Notes under the pieces: model-generated
Told to the model about the DNA's origin: nothing
Seen by the model: only the letters and a program-made list of their open reading frames with translations
Database searches by the model: none
Assembly: GCA_963934255.1 (NCBI GenBank)
Contig: CAWVXU010000056.1
Span: 1-18,430, forward strand
Length of the DNA stretch: 18,430 nt
Direction: 5' to 3'
Source of the DNA: an uncultured Fibrobacterales bacterium
GTDB taxonomy: Bacteria; Fibrobacterota; Fibrobacteria; Fibrobacterales; CAWVXU01
Shown: piece by piece, positions 17,793 through 18,430 of the stretch
Position numbering within the stretch: the stretch's first letter is position 1
Layout: each line of letters starts with the position of its first letter
Translations under genes and position numbers: made by a program

Positions 17793-18430
17793 ATGGTAAA
17801 ATATAAGACAGAAAAAAAATTCGATCCGTATTTTGAACTATGGCAAAGAGACACTTTGCTTCACTCAATAGAAAAATCTGACAAAATAAAGTTTCCTTTA
17901 ATTGTTACTGTAGAACCAACAAACCTATGTAATTTAAGTTGCTTATATTGTTCTCGTCAATTAATGGACCGTCCTATCGGATCGATGGACAAAAAAGTAT
18001 TTCAGAAAAATGTTGATGAATGTGCCAAACACAAATCAGCAATACGACAGAGTGATTTTGGTGAGCCGTTACTACACCTTGAGATGATAGGTTTTTTAGA
18101 AATGACTCAAAAAGCTGGGGTGTTGACAACCATCTTTACTAATGGCACAGGTTTTACTGAAAAGATGATGAATGGAGTTGTTGATAAAGAAAAAGATGAA
18201 ATCCGATTTTCATCGTCAGGAATTTCAGAAAAAGAACACAATGAAGTTCGTAAGGGAAGTAATTTTAAAAAAGATTTTGAAGCAAAGGTAGAGCGCCTAG
18301 CACAAATTCGAAAAGACAAAAACCAAACTAAACCCTATATGGTAGTTTATAGCAATGTCTTGAGCTACGAAGAGAAATCTTTTAAAGAAAGTGTAGAAAA
18401 TTACCAAGATCATTTTTTACAGTGGTCAGA
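17793..18430 (+). CDS. Radical SAM enzyme (3'-truncated by window edge; absent from the ORF track)
   Basis: Manual translation from ATG 17793: MVKYKTEKKFDPYFELWQRD...FPLIVTVEPTNLCNLSCLYCSRQLM...FGEPLLH...IFTNG..., open to the end of the window. CxxxCxxC at 17928-17951. Confidence 0.9.
   Translation, partial: MVKYKTEKKFDPYFELWQRDTLLHSIEKSDKIKFPLIVTVEPTNLCNLSCLYCSRQLMDRPIGSMDKKVFQKNVDECAKHKSAIRQSDFGEPLLHLEMIGFLEMTQKAGVLTTIFTNGTGFTEKMMNGVVDKEKDEIRFSSSGISEKEHNEVRKGSNFKKDFEAKVERLAQIRKDKNQTKPYMVVYSNVLSYEEKSFKESVENYQDHFLQWS

Noticed and set aside
2644..18319. All short minus-strand ORFs in the track (2644-2826, 6889-7110, 8277-8618, 9731-9934, 10687-10896, 14864-15046, 15615-15920, 17573-17758, 18107-18319)
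   Set aside because: Each lies antisense to well-supported + strand genes and has no recognisable motifs; they are most likely shadow ORFs.

Overview
An AT-rich bacterial window almost entirely filled by one + strand, tightly coupled run of 18 genes (first and last cut by the window edges), belonging to a surface-glycan biosynthesis locus (O-antigen, capsule or protein glycosylation). It has four parts. (1) The 3' part of rmlC. (2) A five-gene block resembling the Campylobacter jejuni O-methyl phosphoramidate (MeOPN) precursor pathway: Cj1418-, Cj1417-, Cj1416-, Cj1419/20- and Cj1415-like. (3) A radical SAM enzyme, a KdnB-like Fe-alcohol dehydrogenase and a DegT aminotransferase, followed by nonulosonic acid genes: a degenerate cytidylyltransferase-PseG fusion, an SpsF-like cytidylyltransferase and a NeuB synthase. 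(4) Tailoring enzymes: DUF4910/M28-like, GNAT, NodU-type carbamoyltransferase, PhyH dioxygenase, TylF O-methyltransferase and a second radical SAM enzyme that the ORF track missed. No conventional glycosyltransferase, MeOPN transferase, exporter, RNA gene, mobile element or CRISPR array was recognised. The most interesting inference is a pathway to an unusual aminated, heavily decorated nonulosonic acid, possibly carrying a phosphoramidate. Family assignments come from motifs read by eye and recalled family knowledge, not database searches.
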